Assembly: GCA_043822625.1 (NCBI GenBank)
Contig: JBDRBQ010000111.1
Coordinates: 1-62,771 of the forward strand
Source of the DNA: Candidatus Omnitrophota bacterium
GTDB lineage: Bacteria > Omnitrophota > Gorgyraeia > DAOVKU01
DNA: 62,771 nucleotides
Direction of reading: 5' to 3'
How positions within the stretch are numbered: position 1 is the stretch's first letter; each line of letters starts with the position of its first letter. The translations under genes and the position numbers were made by a program. Below, in pieces: positions 1 through 8,499 of the stretch. The notes beneath the pieces were generated by a model that did no database searches, was not told the origin of the DNA, and was given only the letters and a program-made list of their open reading frames with translations.

Positions 1-1
1 G

Positions 2-934
2 AGTGCTGAAGAAATAAATAAATTTTTATCCGGTTGCGGGGGATTGTCTTCCGATGGCCGCCCCATGCTTCGTCTTGAAGCATACCAGATGGTTAAAGTG
101 TTAAAGGAAATAAACCCGCTTAATTTTGTTGTACCGGCGCATATCTGGACTCCGCATTTTTCGCTTTTTGGAGCCAATTCCGGTTTTGACAGTATAGAAG
201 AATGCTTCGGAGATTATACCAAAGATATTTTCGCTCTTGAAACCGGATTAAGCAGTGACCCTGCTATGAATCGGCGTTTGTCGGCTTTGGATAATTACGC
301 CCTTGTTTCGAATTCGGACGCTCATTCTCCGGCAAAAATAGGGCGTGAGGCGAATGTTTTTGATTTGCCGGAATTGAATTATCGGGAAATAATGAACGCC
401 GTAAAAACCAGAGATAAAACTAAATTTCTTTATACTGTTGAATTTTTTCCGGAAGAAGGTAAATATCATTACGATGGTCATAGAAAATGCGGCGTGTGCT
501 TCGCCCCTGAAGAAACCAAGAAAAATAATAAAATATGTCCCAAATGCAAGGGGCAGTTGACTGTGGGAGTAATGCACAGGGTTTGCGATTTAAGTGACCG
601 TGACAAAGATTTTCGCGATGATAAAGCTATTCCTTTTAAAAACCTTATTCCTCTTGTTGAAATTATCGCCGAAGCGAAAGGTGTGGGAGTAAATACGAAG
701 ACAGTGGGGAATGAATACGACGAATTAATTAAGAAATTCGGAAATGAATTTAATATTCTTTTAAAATCAAGCGCGGATGAATTAAAAGAACAGATTCCCG
801 CCAAAATCGCGCGGGCAATCTTGCGGGTTAGAAATAATGAAGCAAAAATACATCCCGGTTATGACGGTGAATACGGTAAAATAGAAATTTTTTCAGACCT
901 TGAGGAAGAAGAGAAACAAATAACTTTTTTTTAA
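2..934 (+). CDS. Endonuclease Q family protein (PHP-associated nuclease), 5'-truncated by window edge
   Basis: The frame is open from nt 2, with no stop upstream of the TTG at 44. Conserved blocks HIWTPHFSLFG, ETGLSSDPAMN, SNSDAHSP.KIGREAN and FFPEEGKYHYDGHRKCG, plus the Zn-ribbon CPKCKGQLTVGVMHRV, match my memory of the EndoQ/TIGR00375 family C-terminal half. Confidence 0.65.
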   Translation, partial: SAEEINKFLSGCGGLSSDGRPMLRLEAYQMVKVLKEINPLNFVVPAHIWTPHFSLFGANSGFDSIEECFGDYTKDIFALETGLSSDPAMNRRLSALDNYALVSNSDAHSPAKIGREANVFDLPELNYREIMNAVKTRDKTKFLYTVEFFPEEGKYHYDGHRKCGVCFAPEETKKNNKICPKCKGQLTVGVMHRVCDLSDRDKDFRDDKAIPFKNLIPLVEIIAEAKGVGVNTKTVGNEYDELIKKFGNEFNILLKSSADELKEQIPAKIARAILRVRNNEAKIHPGYDGEYGKIEIFSDLEEEEKQITFF

Positions 935-940
935 AGAGAG

Positions 941-971
941 CCCATTTCCCACCTACGGGGTGGGAAATGGG
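941..971. repeat. 31-nt GC-rich hairpin (CCCATTTCCCACC-TACGG-GGTGGGAAATGGG), copy 1 of 2
   Basis: Perfect 13-bp stem read directly from the sequence. A near-identical copy lies at 53910-53940. It sits between the endoQ stop and the pyrK start. Confidence 0.7.
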
Positions 972-983
972 TGAGGGTTAATT

Positions 984-1769
984 ATGCAGAAATTGAAGGT
1001 TAAAATTCTGGAAAATAAAAAAGTGGGCCCTGATTTTTTTCTATTGGATTTGGAGTCTGAATATATCACGGCAATCGCGTTGCCGGGGCAGATTATTCAT
1101 ATTCGTATAGAAAGTAAAGACGGGGTGCCTTTTTTGAGGCGGCCTTTCAGTATCCACGGTATTGTTAATGAAAATACTTTTCGCGTGCTTTATGAGGTGG
1201 TAGGGAAAGGAACTGAAATTTTGTCCAATCGCGCGAAGGGCGGAGAACTTGATATAATCGGTCCGCTGGGTAACGGTTTTCGGATTGAGCCGCGAAAGAT
1301 TAATTTACTTGTGGCTGGAGGTATGGGATTCGCGCCGCTTTTATTTTTGGCGCAGACGCTAAAAAAAAGTGATTCAAAAAAAGAAATAATCGCTTTCGCC
1401 GGAGCGAGATCAAAAGACAGGTTGATAGCGGATAGGGAATTAGCGGAACTCAGTATAGAAACTAAAATTTGCACTGATGACGGAACTTACGGGGGAAAGG
1501 GTTTTGTGACTGAATTAGTCGAGGAGTTTCTAAAAAAACAGGCTTCTTGGCGTGAAGAGATTTTAATTTCCGCCTGCGGGCCGAACGCGATGTTAAAGGC
1601 CTTGATAGAAGTTGCCGCGAAATTTAATGTTGAGTCTCAAATATCTGTAGAAGAAGTATTCGCCTGTGGAGTGGGGGCGTGTTTAGGATGTGCTGTCAAA
1701 ACCAAAGACGGTTATAAAATGGCCTGTAAAGAAGGCCCGGTGTTTGACGGGAATGAGGTGCTTTTATGA
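984..1769 (+). CDS. pyrK: Dihydroorotate dehydrogenase (class 1B) electron-transfer subunit
   Basis: 261 aa with an FAD/NAD-binding ferredoxin-reductase-like fold pattern (RPFSI, GPLGNGF). C-terminal 2Fe-2S motif ACGVGACLGCAV...C. Overlaps pyrD by 4 nt. Confidence 0.9.
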   Translation: MQKLKVKILENKKVGPDFFLLDLESEYITAIALPGQIIHIRIESKDGVPFLRRPFSIHGIVNENTFRVLYEVVGKGTEILSNRAKGGELDIIGPLGNGFRIEPRKINLLVAGGMGFAPLLFLAQTLKKSDSKKEIIAFAGARSKDRLIADRELAELSIETKICTDDGTYGGKGFVTELVEEFLKKQASWREEILISACGPNAMLKALIEVAAKFNVESQISVEEVFACGVGACLGCAVKTKDGYKMACKEGPVFDGNEVLL

Positions 1770-2698
1770 AAAGGTCACAGATAGAAGTAGCGGGAATTAA
1801 ATTTAAGAATCCGGTGATAGCCGCTTCGGGAACATTTGGTTACGGCAGTGAATATAGCGAGCTTGTTGATTTAGAAAAAATAGGCGGTTTTGTAACTAAG
1901 AGTATTACTTTAAAACCAACCTCAGGCAATCGTTCTCCAAGAATTTGTGAAGTAGCCGGCGGCATGTTGAATTCCATAGGCCTCCAAAACGAGGGGCTGG
2001 ATTATTTTTTAAAAGAAAAGCTTCCCCTTTTGCGGGATGTCAAAACAAACGTTATCGTCAGTATAGCCGGATTTAACGAAAAAGAATACGTCGAGATGGC
2101 GGCTGTGTTAAACAGGGAAAAAGGCATTTGTGCCATTGAACTGAATCTTTCCTGTCCTAATGTAAAGGATGGAAAAGGCGGGAACACCGGAGTCCTGCAT
2201 TTCGCGCAGGATAAAAAAGTATTATATTCGGTGGTTAGAAATGTAAAAAGAAAATCCAAAATCCCTATAATGGTTAAACTTACGCCGAATGTTACCGATA
2301 TAACTATTTTAGCAAAAACTGCTTCCGACGCGGGCGCGGACGCGCTTACTCTTATAAATACTCCGCTTGGTATGGCGGTTGACATCAATAAGAAAAAACC
2401 GAAAATAAAATCAGTGATAGGCGGTTTAAGCGGTCCGGCTATAAAACCTATCGCTTTGAGAATGCTCTGGCAGGCGGCAAATGCTGTAAAAATTCCGCTT
2501 ATCGGCGTGGGCGGGATAAGTACTTGGGAAGACGCGTTAGAATTTATGCTGTGCGGAGCGGCTCTTGTTCAGGTAGGCACGGCTTCTTTTATAGACCCTG
2601 ATACGCTGGTTAATATCGCTGAGGGGATAGAAAAATACGCCGAAAAAAATAATCTGGAATCTGTTCAACAGATAGTCGGAGGTTTAATTTTAGAATGA
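1766..2698 (+). CDS. pyrD: Dihydroorotate dehydrogenase catalytic subunit (class 1B)
   Basis: 310 aa. Motifs NPVIAASGTFGYG, LNSIGLQN, IELNLSCPN and GGLSGPAIKPIALR are typical of PyrD 1B. Translationally coupled to pyrK and pyrF. Confidence 0.92.
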   Translation: MKRSQIEVAGIKFKNPVIAASGTFGYGSEYSELVDLEKIGGFVTKSITLKPTSGNRSPRICEVAGGMLNSIGLQNEGLDYFLKEKLPLLRDVKTNVIVSIAGFNEKEYVEMAAVLNREKGICAIELNLSCPNVKDGKGGNTGVLHFAQDKKVLYSVVRNVKRKSKIPIMVKLTPNVTDITILAKTASDAGADALTLINTPLGMAVDINKKKPKIKSVIGGLSGPAIKPIALRMLWQAANAVKIPLIGVGGISTWEDALEFMLCGAALVQVGTASFIDPDTLVNIAEGIEKYAEKNNLESVQQIVGGLILE

Positions 2699-3390
2699 AA
2701 GAAAAATTAATTGTAGCTTTGGATTTCGATTCTTTAAAAGAAGCAAAGAATATAGTGGACACACTTTATCCGACAGTTAAAATTTTTAAAATTGGATACC
2801 AGCTATTTATTAAAGAAGGATGGCAGGCAGTTAAGGCTGTTAAGGAAAAAGGCGCGGACGTGTTTCTCGATTTGAAATTATTCGATATACCGAATACAGT
2901 TTCAAAGGCGGTATCTATTATGTCGAGAGAGGATATTTTTATGTTTAACGTTCACGCGTTGGGTGGATATAAAATGATGCTGGAAACTGTTAAAGCCGCG
3001 GGCGCGGGGAATAAAAAACCTTTGATTATAGCTGTAACGTTACTTACCAGTTTCGATAAAGACACTCTGGATGAAATTAATTTACAGGGGGATATGGAAG
3101 ATGAGGTGGTAAGGCTGGCTTTATTGAGTAAAAAGGCGGGGTTTGACGGTGTCGTAGCCTCGGTAAATGAAGCGGAAAAAATAAAAACTTCCTGCGGTAA
3201 AGATTTTGTGGTAGTTTGTCCCGGCATTCGTCCTGCGGGCGTAGATAAGAATGACCAGAAAAGAATAGCTACACCTGTAGAAGCTATTTCTAATGGTGCT
3301 GATTATATTGTGGTGGGACGGCCTATAACTCAGGCTGAAAATCCGCTTTTGGCCGCGCGGGAAATAAAGGAGCAAATTAAAAATGTCTGA
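2695..3390 (+). CDS. pyrF: Orotidine 5'-phosphate decarboxylase
   Basis: 231 aa. LIVALDF, FLDLKLFDIPNTV and VVGRPIT are signatures of OMP decarboxylase. Confidence 0.9.
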   Translation: MKEKLIVALDFDSLKEAKNIVDTLYPTVKIFKIGYQLFIKEGWQAVKAVKEKGADVFLDLKLFDIPNTVSKAVSIMSREDIFMFNVHALGGYKMMLETVKAAGAGNKKPLIIAVTLLTSFDKDTLDEINLQGDMEDEVVRLALLSKKAGFDGVVASVNEAEKIKTSCGKDFVVVCPGIRPAGVDKNDQKRIATPVEAISNGADYIVVGRPITQAENPLLAAREIKEQIKNV

Positions 3391-3976
3391 AATAAAAAAA
3401 GAAGAAATTTTAACGTTATTTAAAGAAACAGATGCTTTATTAACGGGTCACTTTGAATTGTCGTCAGGGCTTCATAGTTCTCAATATCTACAGTGTGCCA
3501 AAATCCTGCAATATCCCGAACATGCTATGAAGTTGTGCCAAGCACTGGCTGAGTCGGTAAAGGATAAGGGAATAGATTTGGTTATAGGAGCCGCGACAGG
3601 CGGGGTTATAATTTCATTTTTAACGGCGTATTATTTAAATAAGCGTTCTTTGTTTGCCGAGAGAAAAGAAAAAGAACTTCTGTTGCGCCGTGGATTTGAA
3701 ATGAAAAAAGGGGAAAGAGTTCTTATCGTTGAAGATGTTATTACCACCGGCGGAACGGTTTTTGAATTAATAGATTTAGTAAAAGAAAGAGAAGCTGTTC
3801 CGGCGGCGATATGTTCGTTGGTCAACAGAAGCGGCGGCATGAAGCAAATCAAAGGGATCGATATTTACGGTCTTTTGGAAATAAATGTTCCTGCCTATAA
3901 AAAAGAAGAATGCCCGCTGTGTAAAGATAACGTGCCTGTTTCAAAGCCGGGCTCAAAAAAAGTTGTTGACAAATAA
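3383..3976 (+). CDS. pyrE: Orotate phosphoribosyltransferase
   Basis: 197 aa. GHFELSSGLHS and the PRPP-binding loop VLIVEDVITTGGT. Confidence 0.9.
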   Translation: MSEIKKEEILTLFKETDALLTGHFELSSGLHSSQYLQCAKILQYPEHAMKLCQALAESVKDKGIDLVIGAATGGVIISFLTAYYLNKRSLFAERKEKELLLRRGFEMKKGERVLIVEDVITTGGTVFELIDLVKEREAVPAAICSLVNRSGGMKQIKGIDIYGLLEINVPAYKKEECPLCKDNVPVSKPGSKKVVDK

Positions 3977-3994
3977 ATAATTGTGTGTTATATT
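3966..3994 (+). promoter_or_regulatory. Candidate sigma-70 promoter (TTGACA-17 nt-TATATT) overlapping the pyrE stop
   Basis: TTGACA at 3966-3971, a 17-nt spacer, and TATATT at 3989-3994, all read directly. It could be fortuitous in AT-rich DNA. Confidence 0.3.
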
Positions 3995-4044
3995 TTTAAT
4001 AGAATAGAAAGTACCAGGAAGGTGCTTTTTAAGGGAAAAAAGAC

Positions 4045-4079
4045 AGGGATGTTCTTAATGAGCATCCCTTTTTATTTTT
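4045..4079 (+). terminator. Rho-independent terminator (AGGGATG-loop-CATCCCT + T-run)
   Basis: 7-bp GC-containing stem (4045-4051 / 4063-4069) followed by TTTTTATTTTT. Located downstream of pyrE. Confidence 0.6.
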
Positions 4080-4106
4080 AAGTTTTCCCGCGGAAGAAAG
4101 ATAATG

Positions 4107-4155
4107 GCGTCTTTTTTAAGTTGAAGTAATGTCGCTTAAAGAAGACGCTTTTTTT
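4107..4155 (+). terminator. Long hairpin plus T7 run immediately upstream of the sigma-like gene (terminator or attenuator-like)
   Basis: GCGTCTTTTTTAAG (4107-4120) pairs with CTTAAAGAAGACGC (4135-4148) with one mismatch, followed by TTTTTTT. The SD and ATG of the next gene start at about 4160. Confidence 0.4.
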
Positions 4156-4172
4156 GTTTTTAGGAGACGAAA

Positions 4173-4676
4173 ATGAGTTTTGATGTTTTATTTTCGCGAA
4201 TAGAACCGCGATTGAAAATTATAGCTAAGAAATACAGCCGCAGGGAGGTTTGTGAGGAAAACGACCTTTTTCAGGAAATGTGTCTGCATTTGTGGCAGAA
4301 ATTTCCGGCCGGTCTGCCGGACGGTATAAACGAGAGTTATGTTGTTAAGGGCTGTGAATTTTGTGTCTTGAATTATATAAGGGTGAAGATAAAAAAAGTG
4401 ATAATTTTAAGTCTTGAAGAACCGATAGATGAGGGAGTCACCCGGCTTAAGGATGTTTTAAATGACGGTAATGAATCTTTGGACAGCGAAATTAATAAAA
4501 AATTACTGATGGAAAATGTGAAAGATAACGAATTTAGCCGGAAAGAAAAAGAAGTTTTTTCGCTTTTATTGGAAGGATACACTACAAGGGAAATAGGCGG
4601 CATGATGAACGTGTCGCATGTTATGGTTGTGAAATATAAGCGTAGAATTATGGATAAATGTAAGAATTTCTGTTGA
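4173..4676 (+). CDS. Small sigma-70 family / LuxR-type HTH protein (ECF-like)
   Basis: 167 aa. Region-2-like DLFQEMCLHLWQ. The C-terminal region-4/LuxR-type HTH reads SRKEKEVFSLLLEGYTTREIGGMMNVSHVMVVKYKRRI. Confidence 0.55.
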   Translation: MSFDVLFSRIEPRLKIIAKKYSRREVCEENDLFQEMCLHLWQKFPAGLPDGINESYVVKGCEFCVLNYIRVKIKKVIILSLEEPIDEGVTRLKDVLNDGNESLDSEINKKLLMENVKDNEFSRKEKEVFSLLLEGYTTREIGGMMNVSHVMVVKYKRRIMDKCKNFC

Positions 4677-4704
4677 CAGGTAATAAAAAAGGACGGTGAG
4701 TGAA

Positions 4705-6075
4705 ATGTATAAAAAATCGCGAAAGCTGTTCAAGATTTTATTATTCAGTTTTTTGATTATGGGGATTTTTCAGGTAAGCGCGTTTTCCGCGGAAGAAACA
4801 ACAGTGGCTTCCAATAAAACGGCTATTGATACGGTTTGGATCTTGATGTCCGCGTTTCTGGTCTTTTTTATGCAGGCGGGATTTGCTATGGTGGAAACAG
4901 GTTTTACCAGGGCGAAAAACGCGGTTAATATTTTGATGAAAAACCTTATGGATTTTAGCCTTGGCTCAATTGCTTTTTGGCTGGTGGGATTTGGTTTGAT
5001 GTTTGGCACTAATGCTTTTGGTCTTTTCGGCACAAGCGGTTTTTTATTAAGCGCGGCTAATCCCTACAACGCGGACGGCTTATGGCAATTCGCGTTCTGG
5101 ATGTTTCAGGTGGTTTTCGCGGCTACGGCGGCAACTATTGTTTCAGGAGCTATGGCGGAAAGAACTAAATTCAGCGCCTATTTATGTTATTCATTTCTTA
5201 TCTGTGCTTTTGTTTATCCTGTTGTAGGTCATTGGGTTTGGGGAGGAGGCTGGCTTGGCAGTAAAGGCATGATAGATTTCGCGGGTTCTACGGTGGTTCA
5301 TTGCGTGGGAGGCTGGGCCGCTTTGGCCGGCGCGATTTTAGTGGGGCCAAGATTAGGAAAATATAATAAAGATAAAAGCTCAAATGCTATTCCGGGGCAT
5401 AATATTCCATTAGCGGCTCTGGGTGTATTTATTTTGTGGTTTGGTTGGTTTGGTTTTAATTCGGGCAGTACGCTTTCCGGCACAAATCCGTCTATCGCGA
5501 TTATAGCAGTAACGACTAATCTGGCTGCTGCCGCGGGTTCTATAAGCGCTATGTTAGCGGTATGGTTGAAGTATGGCAAGCCTGATACCAGCATGACTTT
5601 AAACGGTGCTTTGGCAGGTTTGGTAGCTATAACTGCCGGTTGCGCTAGTGTTTCTCCTATCAGCGCTCTTATTATCGGAGGGGTAGCGGGTGTATTGGTG
5701 GTATTCAGCGTTGAATTTATCGACAAATTTATGCGTATAGATGACCCGGTGGGAGCGGTTTCGGTTCACGGAGTTTGCGGGGCATGGGGTACTTTAGCTG
5801 TAGGGCTTTTCGCGGAATCCGCCTACGGAAACATCAGCGGAGCAGGCGCTGTAAACGGTCTTTTTTACGGCGGGGGTCTTACTCAATTAACGATACAATT
5901 GGTGGGCATGATTTCGGTTTTTTTGTGGGTGTTTTGTTCTGCGGGTATAATTTTTTACATACTTAAAAAGACTGTGGGGCTGAGGGTTTCTGATGAAGAA
6001 CAGTTGAAAGGTTTGGACATAGGCGAGCATGGCATGGAAGCCTACGCCGGTTTTCAGATATTTATGACAGAGTAA
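4705..6075 (+). CDS. amt: Ammonium transporter (Amt family)
   Basis: The ORF track starts at GTG 4696. ATG 4705 is better placed behind the AGGACGG. Signal peptide followed by the canonical Amt blocks [35 protein letters not shown] and [10 protein letters not shown]. Confidence 0.9.
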   Translation: MYKKSRKLFKILLFSFLIMGIFQVSAFSAEETTVASNKTAIDTVWILMSAFLVFFMQAGFAMVETGFTRAKNAVNILMKNLMDFSLGSIAFWLVGFGLMFGTNAFGLFGTSGFLLSAANPYNADGLWQFAFWMFQVVFAATAATIVSGAMAERTKFSAYLCYSFLICAFVYPVVGHWVWGGGWLGSKGMIDFAGSTVVHCVGGWAALAGAILVGPRLGKYNKDKSSNAIPGHNIPLAALGVFILWFGWFGFNSGSTLSGTNPSIAIIAVTTNLAAAAGSISAMLAVWLKYGKPDTSMTLNGALAGLVAITAGCASVSPISALIIGGVAGVLVVFSVEFIDKFMRIDDPVGAVSVHGVCGAWGTLAVGLFAESAYGNISGAGAVNGLFYGGGLTQLTIQLVGMISVFLWVFCSAGIIFYILKKTVGLRVSDEEQLKGLDIGEHGMEAYAGFQIFMTE

Positions 6076-6089
6076 ATAACAAACCAGAA

Positions 6090-6106
6090 CCCACCTCCAA
6101 GGTGGG
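6090..6106. repeat. Small hairpin CCCACC-TCCAA-GGTGGG sharing its core with the 941/53910 element
   Basis: Read directly in the amt-glnK spacer. The same CCCACC/GGTGGG stem core occurs in the 31-nt repeat. Confidence 0.4.
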
Positions 6107-6122
6107 ATGGGGGGTGAATAAA

Positions 6123-6464
6123 ATGAAAATGATTGTGGCGATGATACAGCCGCATAAACTGCCTGATGTTAAAAAGGCGCTTTTTGAGGCGGAGGTTTTT
6201 AAAATGACGGTTACCAACGCCTTGGGTTGCGGACAGCAAAAAGGTTTTACCGAAACTTACAGAGGGGTTATTCATGACGTAAATCTTTTAAAAAAAGTAA
6301 AGCTTGAAATTGCCGTAAACGATGATTTTGTCGAGCCTACGATAGAGGCTATCATTAAAGGCGCCAGAACGAACAATATAGGTGACGGTAAAATTTTTGT
6401 TCTGGATTTGCCTGACTGTATAAGAATACGGACCGGAGAACGCGGCGGAGCGGCTATTGGATAA
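6123..6464 (+). CDS. glnK: P-II nitrogen regulatory protein (GlnK/GlnB family)
   Basis: 113 aa from ATG 6123; the 6102 start in the track is an extension across a hairpin. Near-full-length similarity to the remembered E. coli GlnB (MTVT..G.G.QKG.TE.YRG, GDGKIFV, IRIRTGE). Located next to amt. Confidence 0.9.
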   Translation: MKMIVAMIQPHKLPDVKKALFEAEVFKMTVTNALGCGQQKGFTETYRGVIHDVNLLKKVKLEIAVNDDFVEPTIEAIIKGARTNNIGDGKIFVLDLPDCIRIRTGERGGAAIG

Positions 6465-6591
6465 ATTTTTTTAAAAAAAAGGTTACCAACTGGCGGAGAT
6501 TTTTACTTATGTATAATATAAGCATAAGATGTTTCTATGTTAATAACGGTATAGTTACAAAGTTTGTAGCTGTGCATAACAAAAAAAGAAC

Positions 6592-6643
6592 AAAGACGTT
6601 CAGTGAAACCATAGGGGTTTTACAAGGACGTCTTTTGTTTTTT
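6592..6643 (+). promoter_or_regulatory. Terminator-like nested hairpin plus T-run in the glnA leader
   Basis: Outer stem AAAGACGT (6592-6599) pairs with ACGTCTTT (6628-6635). Inner stem AAACC/GGTTT (6606-6620). This is followed by TTTTGTTTTTT, with SD AAGGAGG at 6655-6661 and the ATG at 6671. Confidence 0.35.
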
Positions 6644-6670
6644 AAGGAAAAATTAAGGAGGATATAGAAA

Positions 6671-8002
6671 ATGGCTAAGAGAACCAAAGAGCAGATTTTT
6701 AAAATGGTGAAAGAGCAGGATGTTAAATTTGTAAGATTCTGGTTTACGGACATACTGGGACAGGTAAAGAGTTTTTCTATTACCGACAACGAATTAGAAG
6801 GGGCCTTGGAAAACGGCATGGGTTTTGACGGATCTTCGATTACCGGTTATCAGTCTATAGAAGAAAGCGACATGATAGCTATGCCGGATTTTGATACTTT
6901 CCAGATTTTGCCGTGGAGACCGCAGGAGAAAAAAGTTGCCAGAATGATTTGCGATATTCTGACTCCTGACAAAAAGCCTTATGAGGGTGACCCGCGTTAT
7001 GTATTAAAGAGAGCTTTGGAGAGAATGCGCAAGATGGGTTTTGATCATTTTTATATCGGGCCTGAACTGGAATTTTTCTATTTTAAAAATGATCAGGGCA
7101 CTGAAGTTCTGGATAAGGGTGGATATTTCGATTTAACCACTCTGGACGTAGCCAGTGATTTAAGAAGAGAAACTATCTTTGCTCTTGAGTCTATGGGCGT
7201 GCGTGTAGAATATTCCCACCACGAAGTGGGTCCGAGCCAGCATGAAATCGATATGCGTTACGGCGACGCGCTTGAAATGGCGGATCAGGTAATTACTTAT
7301 AGAATAGTAGTAAAAGAAATTGCCCAGAAATACGGTGTCTATGCCACCTTCATGCCTAAGCCGTTGTTTGGTCATAATGGAAGCGGTATGCATACGCATC
7401 AGTCGCTTTTCAAAGGCAGTAAGAACGCGTTTTTTAATAAAGATGATAAGTATTATTTATCTGACGATGCCAAGAAATTTATCGCCGGACAGCTTACGCA
7501 CGCCAAAGAAATGAGCGCTATATTCGCGCAGTGGGTAAATTCTTATAAAAGACTTGTTCCCGGTTATGAAGCTCCGGTTTATATCGCGTGGTCCAGAAGA
7601 AACCGTTCGGCTTTGATACGCGTACCTATGTATCATCCCGGAAATGAAAATGCTACGAGAGCGGAATTGAGATGCCCTGATCCTGCCTGTAACCCCTATC
7701 TTACTTTCGCGGTAATGCTTAACGCGGGGCTGGATGGTATAGAAAAGAATTACAAATTACAGGATCCTATGGAGCAAAATCTGTATCATCTTTCAAATGA
7801 GGAACGCGCTAAATTAGGTATCGAATCTTTACCGGATAGTTTGGGGGAAGCTGTTTCTATTTCCGAGAAAAGTGATTTGGTAAAGAAAGCTTTGGGAGAC
7901 CACGTGTTTACCAGGCTTATGGAACTAAAGAAAAAAGAGTGGGAAGATTACAGAATACAATTGACTAAGTACGAAATGGACAATTTACTTCCTATACTAT
8001 AA
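6671..8002 (+). CDS. glnA: Glutamine synthetase, type I
   Basis: 443 aa. FVRFWFTDILG, GFDGSSI, the EVGPSQHEI block, MPKPLFGHNGSGMHTHQS and NRSALIRVP. Confidence 0.95.
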   Translation: MAKRTKEQIFKMVKEQDVKFVRFWFTDILGQVKSFSITDNELEGALENGMGFDGSSITGYQSIEESDMIAMPDFDTFQILPWRPQEKKVARMICDILTPDKKPYEGDPRYVLKRALERMRKMGFDHFYIGPELEFFYFKNDQGTEVLDKGGYFDLTTLDVASDLRRETIFALESMGVRVEYSHHEVGPSQHEIDMRYGDALEMADQVITYRIVVKEIAQKYGVYATFMPKPLFGHNGSGMHTHQSLFKGSKNAFFNKDDKYYLSDDAKKFIAGQLTHAKEMSAIFAQWVNSYKRLVPGYEAPVYIAWSRRNRSALIRVPMYHPGNENATRAELRCPDPACNPYLTFAVMLNAGLDGIEKNYKLQDPMEQNLYHLSNEERAKLGIESLPDSLGEAVSISEKSDLVKKALGDHVFTRLMELKKKEWEDYRIQLTKYEMDNLLPIL

Positions 8003-8232
8003 TTTAAAATAGTGTAAAATAGTAATTGTGTAAAGACAGGGCTAAAACCTGTCTGTATTAAAGAATCAATAATGATTAGCGTGTATGCGGGTTAACGGTT
8101 TTTAAATAAAGCCGTTAACCCGTTCATTCGCGAACTCCTTTAAATTTTCTCTCGATTGATTTAAATTAAACTTCTTGTTTTGCAGTTTGATGCCTAAAAG
8201 TTAGGCAGTAGTTAAAAAAAGAGAGAGGCGAT

Positions 8233-8493
8233 ATGAAAAATGAAATGAATAAAAAAAAGAAAGGTAAGGATTTTCTTTTTGATGAATTTGAGAAATTTTT
8301 TACTTTAAGCGAGAGCGGTAAGTTGTATAAATTTATATTGAAAGCGGTGGAAAAACCGTTGATTGAATTGGCCTTAAAGAAAAGCAATGGTAACAAAATT
8401 AAAGCCGCGAAAATACTGGGCATTAACAGAAATACGTTATCTTATAAAATTAAGAACTTGCGTATAGAGGCAGCCAAGTTTAAAGAGGAATAA
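8233..8493 (+). CDS. Stand-alone Fis-family HTH DNA-binding protein
   Basis: 86 aa. The C-terminal NKIKAAKILGINRNTLSYKIKNL is the Fis/NtrC-type HTH. Ends 6 nt before gltB. Confidence 0.6.
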   Translation: MKNEMNKKKKGKDFLFDEFEKFFTLSESGKLYKFILKAVEKPLIELALKKSNGNKIKAAKILGINRNTLSYKIKNLRIEAAKFKEE

Positions 8494-8499
8494 TTAAAA

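Noticed and set aside
6491-6507. A sigma-54-type promoter. I searched for TGGCAC-N5-TTGCA upstream of amt, glnA, the Fis-like gene and gltB; the nearest match is TGGCGG-AGATT-TTTAC.
   Set aside because: It lacks the conserved -12 GC and the -24 element is imperfect. No rpoN- or NtrC-type activator gene is in the window to support it.
6538-6559. A TnrA/GlnR-like operator (TGTTA...TTACA) upstream of glnA.
   Set aside because: The half-sites fit TGTNA/TNACA, but the spacer is 12 nt rather than the required 7.
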